Shown: positions 11,031 through 25,666 of the stretch, piece after piece
How the letters are laid out: every line of letters begins with the position of its first letter
Position numbering within the stretch: the stretch's first letter is position 1
From: Tubulanus polymorphus
Lineage: Eukaryota > Animalia > Nemertea
Length of the DNA: 64,000 nucleotides
Direction of reading: 5' to 3'
NCBI RefSeq assembly: GCF_964204645.1
Contig: NC_134031.1
Span: 19,537,910-19,601,909 of the forward strand
Made by a program: the position numbers and the translations under genes
The notes under the pieces: model-generated
Told to the model about the DNA's origin: nothing
What the model saw: only the letters and a program-made list of their open reading frames with translations
The model's database searches: none

Positions 11031-14000
11031 GATTCCCCATTGACAGAGCTCTCTCAGAGATGACTTTATTGATTGCACCAAATAAAAAAATTTAGTCGGC
11101 AAATCATAACTCACGAAGTTCAAAGAATATATCTATCTATTCATGTCTATGTAAATATACGGTTTGAAAGGAAGGCGTTTCTAATATCTAATATCTAGGC
11201 GTTTCCAATATTGGCGTTGGGTATATCATTCAGGCCACAGTTTCACATATAGACGTTTGAGACTTAGATCGGTTTAAATTCATCATTGATTCAGTTTATT
11301 GGCCCAGAAAACCCAGACATGTGAAATTGCTCAACTCTAATTGGTCACATTTCTCATTGACCTATCTACCTCTTTGTAGCGTCACACTTTCACGACTGGC
11401 GAGTGGTCGAACCATTTTACATTTGAGAAAACTTTCAGGATTGCATCATTTCCTGCAAGTTTAAATGCTTGGGTCTATACGATATAGAGAGAGGTGGAAA
11501 AGTGTGTACGATGTCTGAAGAGGAGTACAATTTCAATAATAATTCTAATAGAAACATTCGAAGATGGTGGTTCATAGGATTCAATCAATTAACACTTAAA
11601 ATTCACGATAACAATAGTTCGATGTGTTATCGACACGGTGAATCATAGTCGTATAATAAGAGCAAGTTGTAAGCGATGAGATTGATTATATTTTTAACGA
11701 AACTACTTAGAGTCGAAAGCGTGGTTAAATGATTCTTTGAAACTGGAAGCCCATTAAGTGCTGACGTTCGGGTTGATGTGTCGTTTAAATTGAAAGTTAT
11801 ACGGATACAACACGAACGAACGTTTGGTGTAAACAAACACAGCGTTTTAGGTTTTAGGTTTGGTTATTCTTTATCGACATTAAGTCGTTTCAGCGCAGTT
11901 CAATGATTTTGCATTTTTAGTATCGAACGTACAGTTTGTCTTAAAGGTTTTTTGATTTATGAAGAAGAATAATGACCGAAAGCTGGGCCCGAATTCGGAC
12001 TTGACGCGCGTTTAACGCCTTTTAAGAGGGTAATTAAGTCCAGAGACCGAGTCCGTCTTTCAGTCACCAGCGGAAGTAGCTCGTACCACACAGCCTTGGG
12101 CCATCGAGAGTACGTAAAATGTCCACCGATGGGACAATTAGCTTTCGAACATCAAATGTTTTGGCAAATACAGGATTAAGATTACTATATTTCTGAATTT
12201 TTCTGTAATAATATTGATCAACGGTGAACTTCAGCTGTTGATGTTGTCTCACAGGCTTTGTGAAGTGCACTTTAAAAATATTAAGGGGTTCCGGCCTGTT
12301 TCAGCGATTGATTCTTTGCCTTCAGTCAGCAGGTGTTGGTCAAGACCACGAGTCTTCTTATGACCGAGCGCCGTGGTGCTGTCGCAAAAATACGTACACG
12401 AGAAATGAAAGTTAATACATTTATTGCCCATGGCACAGAATGAATCGAATCGCTAATTAACAGGATGCGGGAGGTTTTACCTGACTCGCCGTACCTAGTA
12501 GGTGCGACCATGAGTCAGCAGATCGCTTCTCGGAGCAACGTCACATTTAAGCGGGGAAATCAGGACGATTCGCGCAGAAAATGGGATATCATATTGCTAC
12601 AGTCGATTAGAGTACATATTGCAGCTATGTGTACTGTTTCTATTCCGGACCGACGCCAATCGATCAATATAATGTCATACCCTCGAAGTTTGTACCCCGA
12701 TTGTCTTTTCTCGATGTATAGTATGGCAAGTCTGCAACACTGACGGGGAAACCAACTAATACGTCACAACCAATACTCCTATTCGGACATTCGGAAAAAC
12801 TGACCGTACCAAGAAACATCTCGCAGGAATTTCATTGATATCGGAATATTTTCCAAGATCAGTGAACATTTTTCATCCATACATGTCGCTAAAGGCCAAT
12901 TATTCATTTGGAACTCTAAAACGAATAAGTTTTAGGGTTCATGGAATAATGCATCTCCATTACCGTCTGCTCGACAATGTTTTCCATGAATCTGGTGGAA
13001 TTTTGCTGTGAGTCCTGATTGAGTCAGGGCGCTCCGACGATTATCATATCTAAATTGTAGTTTGTGTTTGTGCCTGGAAAACACGCGATCCCAACGTGTA
13101 ATTAATTAACGATACGGATTTTCCTCGTCAGAAAAAAATATCTCGGCGGCCATGACTCACGCATGCGTGTACACGCGTTTTGATCAGACGACACGACCGT
13201 TCATGTGATTCAATTCAATTCAATCAACTCTTTCAAATATTTCGATGAAAAGGCATCGCAACTCTTCATATTAATTTGTGAGGAGACTGTTGAATTTGTA
13301 AACGGAGGGGTAAAACCAGCAAGTTCCTTGTCACGGCAAATCAAATAAAACATACACTCCGTAAATAGATGATTTAATACATCCCAAAATACACCGAGTA
13401 TGTTTCTTTTACTAACATATTTACAAAACTTTCTCCAGGCTAAATTCCCACCGATAACAACCGAAATGATGGTAGTTTACTTGAAGCGTGAAATTTGAAA
13501 GATTGATGTAGATATACTTTAAAAACATTCAATGGCATATTCAAGCAAATGTCTGAAATATATTCAAACAAAATCCGTTAACCTATAAAATAGTTTAGTA
13601 CTATTTGTTATGGCACATAGTCGATATAAATCTGCGAAAAGCGTTTCACCTGCGAAATCAAATTCAACCCCAGCCGATTGATATATGTGTAGAACGTGCG
13701 TAAACCGATGTGATGTTTGAATTTCGTGTGGAAATTCGCAATTAATCGCGAAGCATAAATCATCGATATATTAGAAAAAAAACCACTCAACGTCGACCGA
13801 AATCACTTTCGCATTACTGACTAATCGTCAACATTTGTCTAGGTTTATTAGTCAGATGTTATAATTGAAAATTGATGGTAATTTTCCATTGTGTGAATTA
13901 GTTTGACGATTGTTATTGTATATTACTTTCTTGAGTAAAAACGGCTTATCGGGTCGTTACAGACGGTGTATACAGAACCTATTACATGACTAATACCATA

Positions 14001-16440
14001 TTATGTATGGACCAGCACCGAATAATTGAGAATGATTTCATAGTTCTGTTCTTTACAACTTGGTCCACTGCAGGGAGTTCCGTTGATTCGGAAAGGGCAC
14101 GCGTCAGATATAGGGCTAACGGTACCATACGCCAGGCCAAGCTTCTGAACGTCAATGCGCAAAGAACAATCTCAGTATTGGGCAATAACATCAGTTCTTT
14201 AAATTCCGTTTCAAATCAACAATATTGCAATATATAAAGCTATGTGACGATCTTGTTTAAATGATCGAAAATAAACATTTTTTTTTCAGGCCAGACAAAG
14301 AACCATTTGCGGTGGTATCTCGCGGTTTGTTATTAAGTAGTGATTCACATGTCTTAGCGACTATTCTGGATTATAACCTCAGGAACTCGACTCCCTGGTC
14401 GCTTACTGAAGCCTGAAAACATCTCTTCCACCGCACTCGCTCGCACTGCATACAATGGACTTAATTAATTCTGGCTCGTACACACCACGGGTAATGTTCC
14501 TTAGTTTTTAATGAGAATTCCGACCTTCGTGACCACGGGTGACTAATCCATTATCTTCATACGAATCTCTGTCATTTTCTTATTGTCCATTGGCCCTTGA
14601 CCAAATATTCTCGGCTCAACACACATCGTTTCGCTGATGGAGTTTTCATTTCACCTGCGCCCATCTATCATCGCTTACGATGACGTCATTCTATCTATCG
14701 TTCATTCTATGACGTCGTTCTGTCGTCGCGTGTCGTTTCAATTTTTGATTTTTCAACGTAAACTCTTTCAAATATCGGCATTTATGAATAAACGTCATCA
14801 AATCAGTTCATCAAATTCAGAACCCGTCAACGCGATCAAAATAAGTGCATATGGTTGAAATATACGTAGACTTACTCCACACATGGCCGACTTATGACGA
14901 ACTCGGGCAAAAACGAAACCATTGATTTCCTAAAGTATTTTCCTTCTTAATCAGACTTCGCTTGCCTCGGACCAATAATGCCGGTCCCAGTTTGTCCGAG
15001 TCAGGCGGGGTTTACAGTATATAGACGTACGTAGTAGTTCAATATGCCGTTCCACCAGGACTTGGACATCGCCGCATCAGCGACAAAATACTTACTACAT
15101 CGCCTAGGTCTGAATTCCACTAGTGGCTGCTCAATTTATGACTTGTTTGCTCCCATTATAGATAATCGCAGGCGATTATCGCTAAGCGACCAGTTTGAGT
15201 CAGCTAAAATCTGGCCGGCGATAAAAGATGACTCAAATACGTGAGTATAGTAAAACGGCGGGGTTTCCTTTTTTACGTAGCCCCGATAATCGGCGAGATA
15301 ACATCGTATCAATTACTGTGAAACGTTCGAGGAGGTCTACGTCAATATTCAATAGTTTTTGGTCAATTTAACCGCAATTATTTCACGAAATAATCGAGAA
15401 TGATTCAGTGTTTTTGTTCTATCTTGGCTTCAGTGGTTTTGTCTGTATGGTGTCGACTCCCGTCGAACAGATGAACTTTCTGTCGTCCTAAACGACGGAT
15501 TCTGTACCAGTTCAATGAATCGAAACCAGTTTAAGTTAACTACCTCTAGTAAACTGACATGGAGGATCCGTCAAGTTCATTCACTGTGACTGACCATAGA
15601 AGCTATGTGTTACGTAATTCTTTGTTCGATCGTCAGAACTGAGAACAAAGCATCTATTGAGACGTTCATGTCTTTTAATCTACATCAGTTATGAAGTTTG
15701 ACCACGAATATGGCTTGTCGCGGCTATATAGAGGTTTTGCGCGTGACATTGTGACGCCACGAGTCGCAGAAGGCAACTAGGGGGGAGGGGGTGAATATCT
15801 ATAGGTTTATCCACGCATATTAACATAAACATTCTGCTTTCGACAAACATCAAAGCGCGTCATATTGGCCGTAAACCACGCGCAGCTTACTGAAATAAAG
15901 TTGAACTTCGCGCCAATTGATGGCTAATATGACACACGTAAACAATACGCGTGGTCGTATCTATATACAACCGTTGTTTATCAATGCCGCCAAAATGTTT
16001 CTGTACACGTGGATTTAGATTGCCTAGAAAATAGGAGATTGTATGTAATAAATGAAAATGAAAGCTGACCCGGCACTCAATGCACTGAGAGTAAGGTCGC
16101 GTCAAACGCGTTCAAATCACGATCCACACTTGTCTTTTACGACATTTTCCGTCATCGGAACGCAAATAATTTACCGCTTCTGATGCAAATCCGGCCATCA
16201 ATTCATAACTGGATGCAAAGTTGACTCACGATCGTAGATTAGAGACGTTGCTGCACTGCACTATTTCTCTCATCTTGCCTTTCCTCGGCGGGTCTGTTGT
16301 CTGTCAAGCAATTCCGTGATTATTTACTGACTAATCCAACAGGAGATGGAATTCCGAAAAAAGCTCTTGAAAAGCATTTGTTGAGTGCGCTGGATTCCCG
16401 TTGTGCAATATTACAACAAAAATATCATAGCAACGTAATA

Positions 16441-16735
16441 TGAGGAACCACATCACCAGCTATCCCACTAGATGATGTGACAAAATCAGTTCATTTTCGA
16501 TGAACTTCGTACTGAATTTTTAAACTCCCGAATCCATATATTATCACAGGACCTACCAAAAATATGCAATAAATTCATTTTCTGCTCAGATATCGGTGAA
16601 GTTTTCATCAAAAATTGATTGATTCTAGTGAAAGTTCATCCAGTTTTAATTGAAATGTCGTGGAACACCAAGCTACTATACTAGCGAACCTGGTGGATCC
16701 TCGGCTGCCATAAACGGAATCCTCGATTGCCACAG
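16441..16735 (-). mobile_element. Family B repeat, copy 2
   Basis: Reverse complement ctgtggcaatcgaggattcc..ggatccaccaggttcgctagt..aaatgaactgattttg..catctagtgggatagctggt matches 10681-11030. Confidence 0.8.
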
Positions 16736-16914
16736 GGTGTCATTGGTTCCCCGTCGGAAAGCACAACAAAATCGACCAAATAATGTAACTCGTCCCAGGT
16801 CAAAACATAGGCTAACGATATCAAAGTTTCTTCAGTAGAGCGTTTTGGACGGCGATTCACAAATCATTCGAAATGCCTTGTTATTTATGGGCTCCGTATC
16901 GTAGGGCATCGGAT

Positions 16915-16980
16915 TGATTGGGACTCGAACCCACAAGCCGGGCTATCAATCACCGGAAGCGCACCATCGAGTCTCGGGTC
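16915..16980 (-). mobile_element. tRNA-derived SINE head fragment
   Basis: Minus-strand B-box gggttcgagtccc; resembles the head of the 27385-27640 SINE. Confidence 0.45.
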
Positions 16981-17699
16981 TAGTATTTTTCAGACTAATC
17001 AAACTTCTCCCTATATATCGGCACTAAATCCATATTATCATCATCTCGCTTGTCATTCAGGCCGATATTTCCCTCCATAATAGCAACACTAGATTAATCA
17101 GCATCATCAGCTACGTATAACCGAATCGGTTCATCTCTCCGGTTTCGTGCGCGTTCGGCGACGAGATATTTTAACTTCGATACTCACGACTTAACCGCGG
17201 TCGAGTAATTGACATTTTGTCAGATAGGAAACCCTGTAATTAATGCAAACTGTTGATTCTTTGTTCGCTTCAATGCGTGCGGATATTTTCTAATAACTGA
17301 ACGAGCTGCGTCGCGATCGATTCCGTTTCGCAATTACGCGTCTATATCGCTGTTCGTTTCTTACTCTATACAACCTAATCCAATATTCCGATCGATCAAA
17401 TCGGCGTACCCATCTTCGTTCTTCTTTTAAAATAATCCAATATTCCACTACATCGAATAGACATATCCCCATCCTTTCGAAAAGAATTCATCATCGAATC
17501 TCCAATTTTCCAGTTTCATAAGCTCTCTTGGCTTTCAATAAAATCCGCATTGTTGATGCTTCACCGCCGTATCGATGCAAAAGAAGTTGTCTGGTCTATC
17601 AGTCTTGTCATCACTAAGCAAAGCTACGGACTGTTTTGGAAGTTTCAGTAGAACAAAGTACGTGAAATCATCTTTGAAATTAACGGGGAACAGACAACG

Positions 17700-17766
17700 C
17701 TACTGTGGGCAATCGAGGATTCCACTTATGGCAGGCGAAGATCCACCAGGTTCGCTAGTAGTATAA
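17700..17766 (+). mobile_element. Family B repeat, head fragment
   Basis: tactgtgggcaatcgaggattccacttatggcaggcgaagatccaccaggttcgctagt. Confidence 0.75.
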
Positions 17767-18577
17767 TCACGCGGTCTCTTCTACATTTCTTCTACATGAA
17801 ATCGAATGAGCCTTAAATCGCCCATCAATGAAAACGATACCACACTGAGATAGAAAAAATTCAATGTATATTTGGTTTACCCTGTGATGATGTTTGGATT
17901 CGAGAACCGAAAAGCCGATGAACGGCGTATCTCTCACTAAGTTACAGGGGAACAAGGCATACATATCCTTAGATACATAAGGCATATACTTTCTTAAAAC
18001 TCTCGATAAAGAAATCTGAATGGAATATCACTTATACATTACTGGTTTACATGACCTGGAACCACCCTCTATAGAGCCATCCAAAATTTGATTATCTCCA
18101 TGTCCGAAGTTGCCTTTTTTGTTGATAAATAATGTAGTGCCATGTTCAGAAGCTTGTTGATCTTGCTTCCAGTGGAGATCGGTTATCCACGCGAGACAGG
18201 CGACTGCGCTGTTGATTCACGCCGGGCTGACGGATGACTTCAAATTGTGAGTCATACTTGTAGCGTTGCTTGTCACGCAAACCGTTAACGTTTGTAATCG
18301 ACGAGGTTTTTATTATCACGGGGCTGCAGTTTGAAATGATGAGGTCATGGTATCTTCTACTCCGCGGATACCTATACGTTACTAGAACCAATCCATTTAA
18401 CAATCACCGCACTACTACATATCGAAACATCATAATGTATTTGCTACACGTCGGTCAGGGTGTGACCGATTTAAGTCAATGATGTGTTGTTTATCCATGT
18501 ATCCCCAATAGCGAAGATCTTTCGTAGCCGAAGAACATGGCCTTCAACGATTACTCCGAGATAGATAAAACCAACTG

Positions 18578-18676
18578 CAGGAACCAGTTCCACAGTTGTG
18601 AGTTAGAGTTAAAATTAGTTCATTTTCAATGAGTTAACTAAAAATCTTAACACAGAACTGTTGAACTGGGTCAAGG
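18578..18676. mobile_element. Harbinger-like mini-MITE
   Basis: ccagttccacagtt / aactgttgaactgg inverted ends. Confidence 0.55.
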
Positions 18677-18690
18677 ATTATAGATTTAGC

Positions 18691-19417
18691 CAGCGGCACA
18701 TCTAGGAAGGAAGCGTAGGGAGCACGTGCGCACCTCGGCCCTCAAGTCCTCGCAAAGCTCTGAATTTGAATGGATGTTCTATCCCAAAGAAAGCGGTTGT
18801 TCAGAACGCGTCTTCGCGCCTCTATTTAGGGTTTTCTGACTTTCGTCGAAAACCCTCTTGAAATTCTGTTGATTATTATTATTATTATATATTTTCCGCC
18901 GATTTCGTCAAATAAAATTCATCTTCATTCAGATTCGGCAACTGACAGCTTCGAAACGAAATGTATAAATTGATACTGTAATAACGGTCTCTCTGAACCA
19001 ACAGATTGTCTGAATGTACTTTCCATCCTATTTGAAACTTAAAATTACTTATTAGGTTACTGTAAATAAAGAATTGAATTGAATTGTTAGACAACAAGCA
19101 CCGGCGAAATAACAGTTTGTGACGTCATTTAGTAAGTAAATAAAGGAGGGCTCCGAGAATTTCCAAATCACGGGGACTATACTGGGTTAGACCATTCAAC
19201 CAAAAAGAGGATTGCTCCGATAATATCCAAATCATCTCATTTTATTTTTTCCATCGAATACCCGGTAATTAATTTTTCCTTTCGATCACATGCATCCAGA
19301 AAACCCGTTATCGCTGCTTTGCAGCTATATTTATGTTTCTTTTCTGGGTTGCCCTGAGACAATCCTGCTTTGAGTTTGATTCGTGCACCCCTTCCCAAAA
19401 TCGTGCATCAGCCGCCG
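18691..19417. mobile_element. Probable hAT-like MITE with a nested repeat (~18872-19332)
   Basis: Ends cagcggcacatc.. / ..gcatcagccgccg with cgtgc(g)cacc motifs near both ends; inner segment bounded by (ATT)n and atcgctgctttgcagctatattt; no TSD resolved. Confidence 0.35.
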
Positions 19418-19809
19418 AAAGCCCATCGTAGGCAAAACCCGGACTAAATCGTGGTTAAATGGATGTTCATCGAGATGTCTCCTGTTTCGTGACTTATCGC
19501 CGAAAAGATGCGTCGATGGCTCTTTAGGTTAATTGCGTTACACATTTGAAAGCAACATCTGAAAAAAGACGAAGAACAGGATGAAAATGACGGTGACTCA
19601 GCATCCTGTGTTTCCACTCAGAGTGCAGTCCATCTCGACTCCGATCAACAGACCGTGAAATATATGGAAACACTCGGCTTGCGTCTTGATAGATCGTTGC
19701 TATTGAGTTTCTTTGATGTCGCCATTTTCACGGGAACCTTTCACACGTAGTAGCAAAAAGATGTCACTTTCCACTAACGGCTTGACGTCGTTTGGATGAG
19801 AAAAAAACC

Positions 19810-19918
19810 CGTTTCGCTGTCGGCAGATGTGGTGGGCTTGTAAGGAACACCAAATCAAAACAAATCAAACGAAATCTACCAATTAAATAGATAACAGGGT
19901 CTATCCCTATTTTAAGAT
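19810..19918 (+). mobile_element. SINE/LINE-like 3' tail fragment with (CAAAT)n end (family G)
   Basis: gtttcg..cggcag.tgtggtggg.ttgtaagg.acacc..caaatcaaacgaaatc also at 34891-35000 (-) and 47516-47580 (+). Confidence 0.65.
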
Positions 19919-22171
19919 AAAAAATGTCGTCGTTTAATGATACAAACGGGTTAAAATACCCTAGTTGTTAAGTAGTTGATATTTAGTTTAGTTCGGGACG
20001 AGTCCCGCGGGCCGAATCGCAATCAATTTACCACCGGTGCCGGAGTCCAAAACGCGCATCGTGCACCGATGAATTGACGCCACAATAACAAACATCGTCG
20101 TATTAAATATTAACCGGATTCTGACGATAAGGCGATTATTGCGCTTTTGGTGAAATTGTTTGTGCGTCGGGTGTATTTCCCGAGAGGCTGATATAGAGGG
20201 GAGGCCGCTGCTGCAGTGACTCACGGAACACTCCGGTCGGTCGTATCACTTTCACAATTCCGCCGTGACTTGCAGGATATATCGTATCTACGTGTTAACA
20301 ACACGTTAAAAATCTGTTGCTCTTTCTGGGAGAATTATCATTAATATTGATAGCGCGTGTAATGCTAGGAGACCATTACAAAATACAAGCGCGCCTATGA
20401 GTCAAACAGAGCCCTGGATCCGCCACGGCGCGATTTGCTCGATATATTCTAAGAGGGAGTTGAATTTATCTGGCGTCTGATTTGTATTCAGTTTGGCTAA
20501 GTTTTTTTTACCTTTTGGGATGGATGCGATACGTGTTAGATTATGCCATCCAAACTGAAACTATGCATTGAAATAACCAGCGTCCAAATTCGTTGGCGTA
20601 TTCCAAAAGAATTTCAGAAAATGATCGGTCTTCCCGTAAAGCGTTGGGTTATCTCGTTCGGAAGTATCGTTATTTTACACAGCGTGTTAAACGAGATGAT
20701 GAGATGCATTTTTCGGGTGATTTATTACAGGAGAAGATTTACTCGGTGACATTCGACAGTCGGATCTGTGAGTCATTTTATATCTGCCGCATGGGTTGAC
20801 ATTAAACCGTCTCCGGGGACCGAACTCCGATATACCGACCGCGGTTGTTACAAACTGTTGCAACTATTAAACAGACGACTTTCCGTGTTGTCGTCTGTCG
20901 TCGTAATGAATTTTGATACCGGATGATCGGCCGTCGAATAGTGATCTCTAACCGCCGGTCCAGCACGGTGATGACTCAGCAAAAATTTGTCAGCGCGCGA
21001 GGCAGATTTAACCGTATGTCAATTTCCGGATTGGTTTCTGCGGCGAATTGGGCATCTAAATTAGATCAAAGATTAACTGGAGATTCGTTCAAATGACTCG
21101 GTGCATCCTCGTCAATTCTGTAAACATGACTACGTAATTATATTCGGGATCGGTGCTCTCTGTCATTCAAAGCCTGTTGATGATGGAGTAGTTTAAACGG
21201 CACGATATCCTCCTCATCTAGAATGATATTGATACGGAACAAACGTCGGGTATGATATGCCGCAGCCATCAGCAAAAACAGAAACGACCAGCTGAAATAG
21301 AAATGAATTACAAGTATTTCATAATCATGTTCTACCGATTTAACTTGAACGAATTCTCCCTTATTCCGAATTGAAAACATAGGAAACTAATTGAAAACTT
21401 CTTTGGCCTAATTTCATATATATACATTAAAGAACGAACGAACATATCCTCCCTTTAGATGTTCTGAAGAAGATGGCTAATTTTCCGGGTATCTAGATTG
21501 ATTCTAAAAACAAAATTACCATGCAACAGTGTTATCTTGACAAATAAATTGGCGGCGGGTCCCTTGGTCCCCTCCCCCCCCCCCATCCCCTACTACTGGA
21601 AAAACTACACATCAACAATTGATATCATACAACGATTGATACGGAAGAAAATCCTGTTGCTTTTGGCTGTTGCTGAAAATCACGTCCCGAGAGAGTCTGC
21701 TGCAACCCGCGGTTTGTGCTTCTCGACGAATACATCGTCGTATAACTGGTAATTGGATCAGACCAGTTACAACTTAGTTTATATAGTCACCAGGGACGAC
21801 TCATCAAGCTTGTATTATGTCTATCGGTTGACAGGCAGGCGTATATACTAAACATGCGGGCAACAAGCAGTTCCCGCAAATAGAGATAGTGATTCTTTCA
21901 GTGACTGATGGCGGGAGAACGGCTTCAACCCGTGGCCATTTGCGAGATAAGATAAATTCGATGATTTGTACAAAAGCGGTTGAGAATTATTTCAAGTCAC
22001 CGTCACAGACTCGTCTCTGAGGCGATTTGCCTGTCATTCTCGCTAACGCAACCAGACAGTTTTCTGATAGCCTTTTCGTGCGAGTTTTCGTTAACACGAG
22101 ACTGTGAGCCTTTCATCCGGAACAAAATAATAATGGCGGAAAGGAATTAATGAATATCAGGTCTCTAGATA

Positions 22172-22286
22172 CAGTAGAATTCTTCTTACTCGGAACCGCC
22201 AACTCGGGCTAAACCTTCCATTCTTCTAATTCTCAACTCTGAGATACTTTGTGAATCCCCCGTTTACTGAGACGGGGTTCGTACTA
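22172..22286. mobile_element. Tc1/mariner-like MITE (TA-flanked)
   Basis: ta|cagtagaa...ttcgtacta|ta, degenerate TIRs. Confidence 0.4.
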
Positions 22287-22395
22287 TAAATCCTCATTCG
22301 ACAAGGATCGAATTTAATTGAAAAATTGAATTATGTGGTCAGTAATTTCCATGGATTGTAGTATGTATCCACGAAAGCATAGTAAAACTAGATTA

Positions 22396-22659
22396 GTAGG
22401 TTCTTCGGGGCGGCTTTTAGGTAAAGGGGGACGCACAGGCAATTTCGGGTGACCGCAGGTGCGAAGCACCAAAATGTGGTCTGGGGATCCTCCCCAGAAA
22501 ACTTTGAAAAAAATAGGTGCATTCTGAACACTATCCTGGTTGAAATAAGGAATGATATGTGCTCACAATTTTACCATTTTCTAAACAAAGGTTTTTGGGA
22601 GAGGATTCCAAGGGCACTCGGTCGAAAAAGAGGGTACGACCCTCCTGGATCCGCCACTG
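22396..22659. mobile_element. hAT-like MITE ending cctggatccgccactg
   Basis: Characteristic right end and internal ggtctggggatcctccccagaaaa motif; left end degraded. Confidence 0.45.
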
Positions 22660-24217
22660 GCTTTTCTACAAAAAGTCACTAGGTTTTTACTATCGCGAAT
22701 GAAACGTTTATATACCGAAGCTATGAGTTAAATGCTTTTCATTTTCGTTCCGTGTCGAAATATTCGACCAACTCCGAGCGTGTTATAGTTACACATCAGA
22801 ATGCAAAGATTGCCGAGAAAATGAGTTCAGGGATAACTACAGCGCTATGAATGAATGGATGTGATATTTATATAACGTCGCGCAGCCGAATCGTTTCGCT
22901 GTTTTCTTGCAGATAAAGACGATATTTACATAAATCCGTCCTCGTGAATTTCATCTTTCTCGTCGGATATCTCGAAGTTATATCTGGCCAGACGCAGAGA
23001 AATGAAAACGTAGCGGCTGCAACAATCGTGCCTTCCCCGCCGCCAGTGTTGCGATCTGACTCACAATGTCATCGATGTTGAGATCAGATAACCAGTTGTT
23101 GCTTTCAAGTCGTGACGGATCGTCTCGGCGATGACATCCACGAGTCAAAATCTCTATATGGATTTCTCATGTCCCTTCACAGCAACACAACGAGCGAATC
23201 GGCTATTTTTCCAGCAAGTGTTATCAATCTGCGGTTTGGCCCGCTCCCTCAGATCTGAGGTTCTGTTGACTCCTTGGAGGTCCACGTACACCGATTACCG
23301 CGAATTGTTCCATGAAGTCAAAATTCCCAAATATATCATGCGTTATTTTTCAATTTTAACAAATAGCCATGAAAAGATGCCATCTTATTACAGGAAATTC
23401 AACATTTTAGCGGTGACTGGTCGAAAATGGTAATTTCGAGAAAAATTACTGAAGATAGTATTGCCCTTTGCAAATTCTACGTGAAGTGTAAAATAAATTT
23501 CCCAGATATTTCCCAATGAGTTCGTACTTTTTACGATGACCCAAGATTCAGTGCTTTTTCAGTATCAAACCCTTGACACCATACTATCATCCATCTGCGA
23601 ATTTTTGTTTTATCAAACATCCCTTTTGTCGTATAGTTGGCGATGACAATATCTTGATACCCGGCATTTTTCTATATTTGCTTCGGGGAATCGTCAAACC
23701 TAATTACGCCTAAATCCGAGGAAATAATAGTAAATATACCCCGCGGTGTGAGTGCACGTGGCAATTTGAAGTTACCCCTGGCAGTGGAGTTTTTACTTAT
23801 AGCACCCAAGAGACGGCTCGTTATGAGCTAATTGCGATTTGAAATGGGAGTACGAAGCAATAAAAACGACTTATTCGTCTCAATATCATTAGCAATTAAG
23901 ACGCTTGAATGCGGGTATAGTCCAATTGAGATTATTATCTTTAAAAAAACAGATTCGCGAAGGATTGGAAAGCGCCGCGCTGACCGCAGAATAAGTGCTA
24001 TCTTTTCCTTTGAATTATTAGCTCGTAAAACAAAGCGTCGTTTATGTTCGATGTGAAACGCGTTCCGACGATTCAGTGCAGTAATGATATATAGGAATAA
24101 ATAAAACCTATAATATGTAGTAAGATTATGAGGATTTTGACGTTTCGGCTCAAAAACAGATTTATTACCGTATTATGTCCACTAATTATCATTGTCCGGT
24201 TCTTCGTCCAGGCGTAA

Positions 24218-24388
24218 ATGGGAAACGGGTCGGATAGATGACTCCTGAGCGCCCTGTAGCAGCTCGGGTGATACTTCTCCCCAGGGAGAGATGTCTGGTA
24301 AGAGTTATAGGCTGGGGGTAATAATAACAATTTAGTGGAAAGCGGCTTTTTGTATCACAGTTAAAAGGGCGCCATAGAAATTAAATTA
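24218..24388 (+). mobile_element. 5'-truncated SINE, same family as 27385-27640
   Basis: tagatgactcc..tacttctcccc.gggagagatg..ggggtaataataacaattta..aagggcgc.ata.aaat matches the reverse complement of ~27385-27555. Confidence 0.75.
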
Positions 24389-24419
24389 CGAGCAGATATA
24401 AGATTTCTGAGATCTGTGT

Positions 24420-24532
24420 TTGAAAATGGCTCATAGCATTTGAGTAAACGTCGAAATCTTCTTATTTTGGATCCCTATTGTGGAGTTTTTCGTCAATTGA
24501 ATTAGACAGTCACTCTCTCTTATGGAAACCAT
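24420..24532 (+). repeat. Dispersed repeat (family H)
   Basis: ttgaaaatggctcatag..ttgagta..tcaattgaatt..agacagtcact..ggaaacca also at 63086-63176; weaker inverted copy near 27964-28050. Confidence 0.65.
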
Positions 24533-24639
24533 GCAATGTAGGAATAGATTGTAATCTAATTGGTCCAGTGGGAAATATGCCGACAAAACATTTCAAACTT
24601 CATGTCATGGCGGGGAAATGTAAAAGCTGCGATCAAGAA

Positions 24640-24705
24640 TATCCTCCCTCGGCAGGGTCACCGACAGAGTCTCGCGATGCCATCAGGTTCGAACCCATGC
24701 AGAGG
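24640..24705. mobile_element. Collapsed 66-bp derivative of the CATCC/9-bp-TSD MITE
   Basis: atcctccctcggcaggg..gatgccatcaggttcgaaccc; flanked by gatcaagaa (24631-24639) / gatcaagag (24706-24714). Confidence 0.65.
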
Positions 24706-25666
24706 GATCAAGAGATAAGGCATTTTTTCATTCAGAATTAGATTCGAATCCGATCGATTTCGAGGATACGACATGCGTCAGACTCGGTTTTGTGTATAGG
24801 CCTAAACAGTTCGGTAAACTGATGTATCGAATTATAAAATCTTGTTATTTCTCTCAATAATGACAGCTGAATGAAGGTGATTCAGATGTGAACAAATCGG
24901 TTTCACCGTTGGCTGGGTAGATCCCCGTTGAAAGAAAACGCGAATTCGCGTCGTTCTTCGCGTTTCCAATGAAAAGTTCATTATCAGTTCAACAACTGAC
25001 TGATCTTCCGAATTGAATCGCGAATTAAAACCGTTACGCGCAACTCGATTCATTTTGTGTGTTCGTTTTTCAAATTGGAAAAAAAAGTCGCGTCCTATGA
25101 GTCAATCTGGTTACATAGGAACACAGCGTTGACTCATCCACACACGTGAGCGCGCGAGACAGACCCTGGTTGCATGCATAGTCTGTTCACATCAACTCAT
25201 TAATACCAGTACAAAAAAAAAACACCAATCAATGAAGATCGACAACGATAGAATAGCTAAGAGCGTATGCTTTACCTATTCTATTAAACAGGTTCGTCGC
25301 GAGTCGCCGCATACTTAACAAATTGGTGCAGATCTCCATCAGTTGGCTTAGGATTCAACATCTGTAATGAATCGAGTATGCTTAGGCTGTAAACACTGAC
25401 TCACTGCTGTGCCCGTGAACTTTTACAATATTGCTAGGCCTGTAACTACTACGTAGGTTCATACCATAGCCGTTTTCTCTTGCCACTGGTGTAACCACTG
25501 TCGCAATAACCGGGAACACCAAAACTAAGCAAACTTATAAGGAGCCAGCTTGAAATTTCGCTCATATCATGGACGTCATGCTCTATACAATGACGATACA
25601 AGGCTGTTTTCCAGAAAGTAGATGGGTGATCCATGAGCCGCAGCCCGCGTTATGTTGGAAACAGCG

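Noticed and set aside
21570-21590. C/G homopolymer tracts as G-quadruplexes (also ~9113-9134, 30621-30637, 59652-59672)
   Set aside because: Simple runs typical of MITE remnants, with no positional evidence of function.
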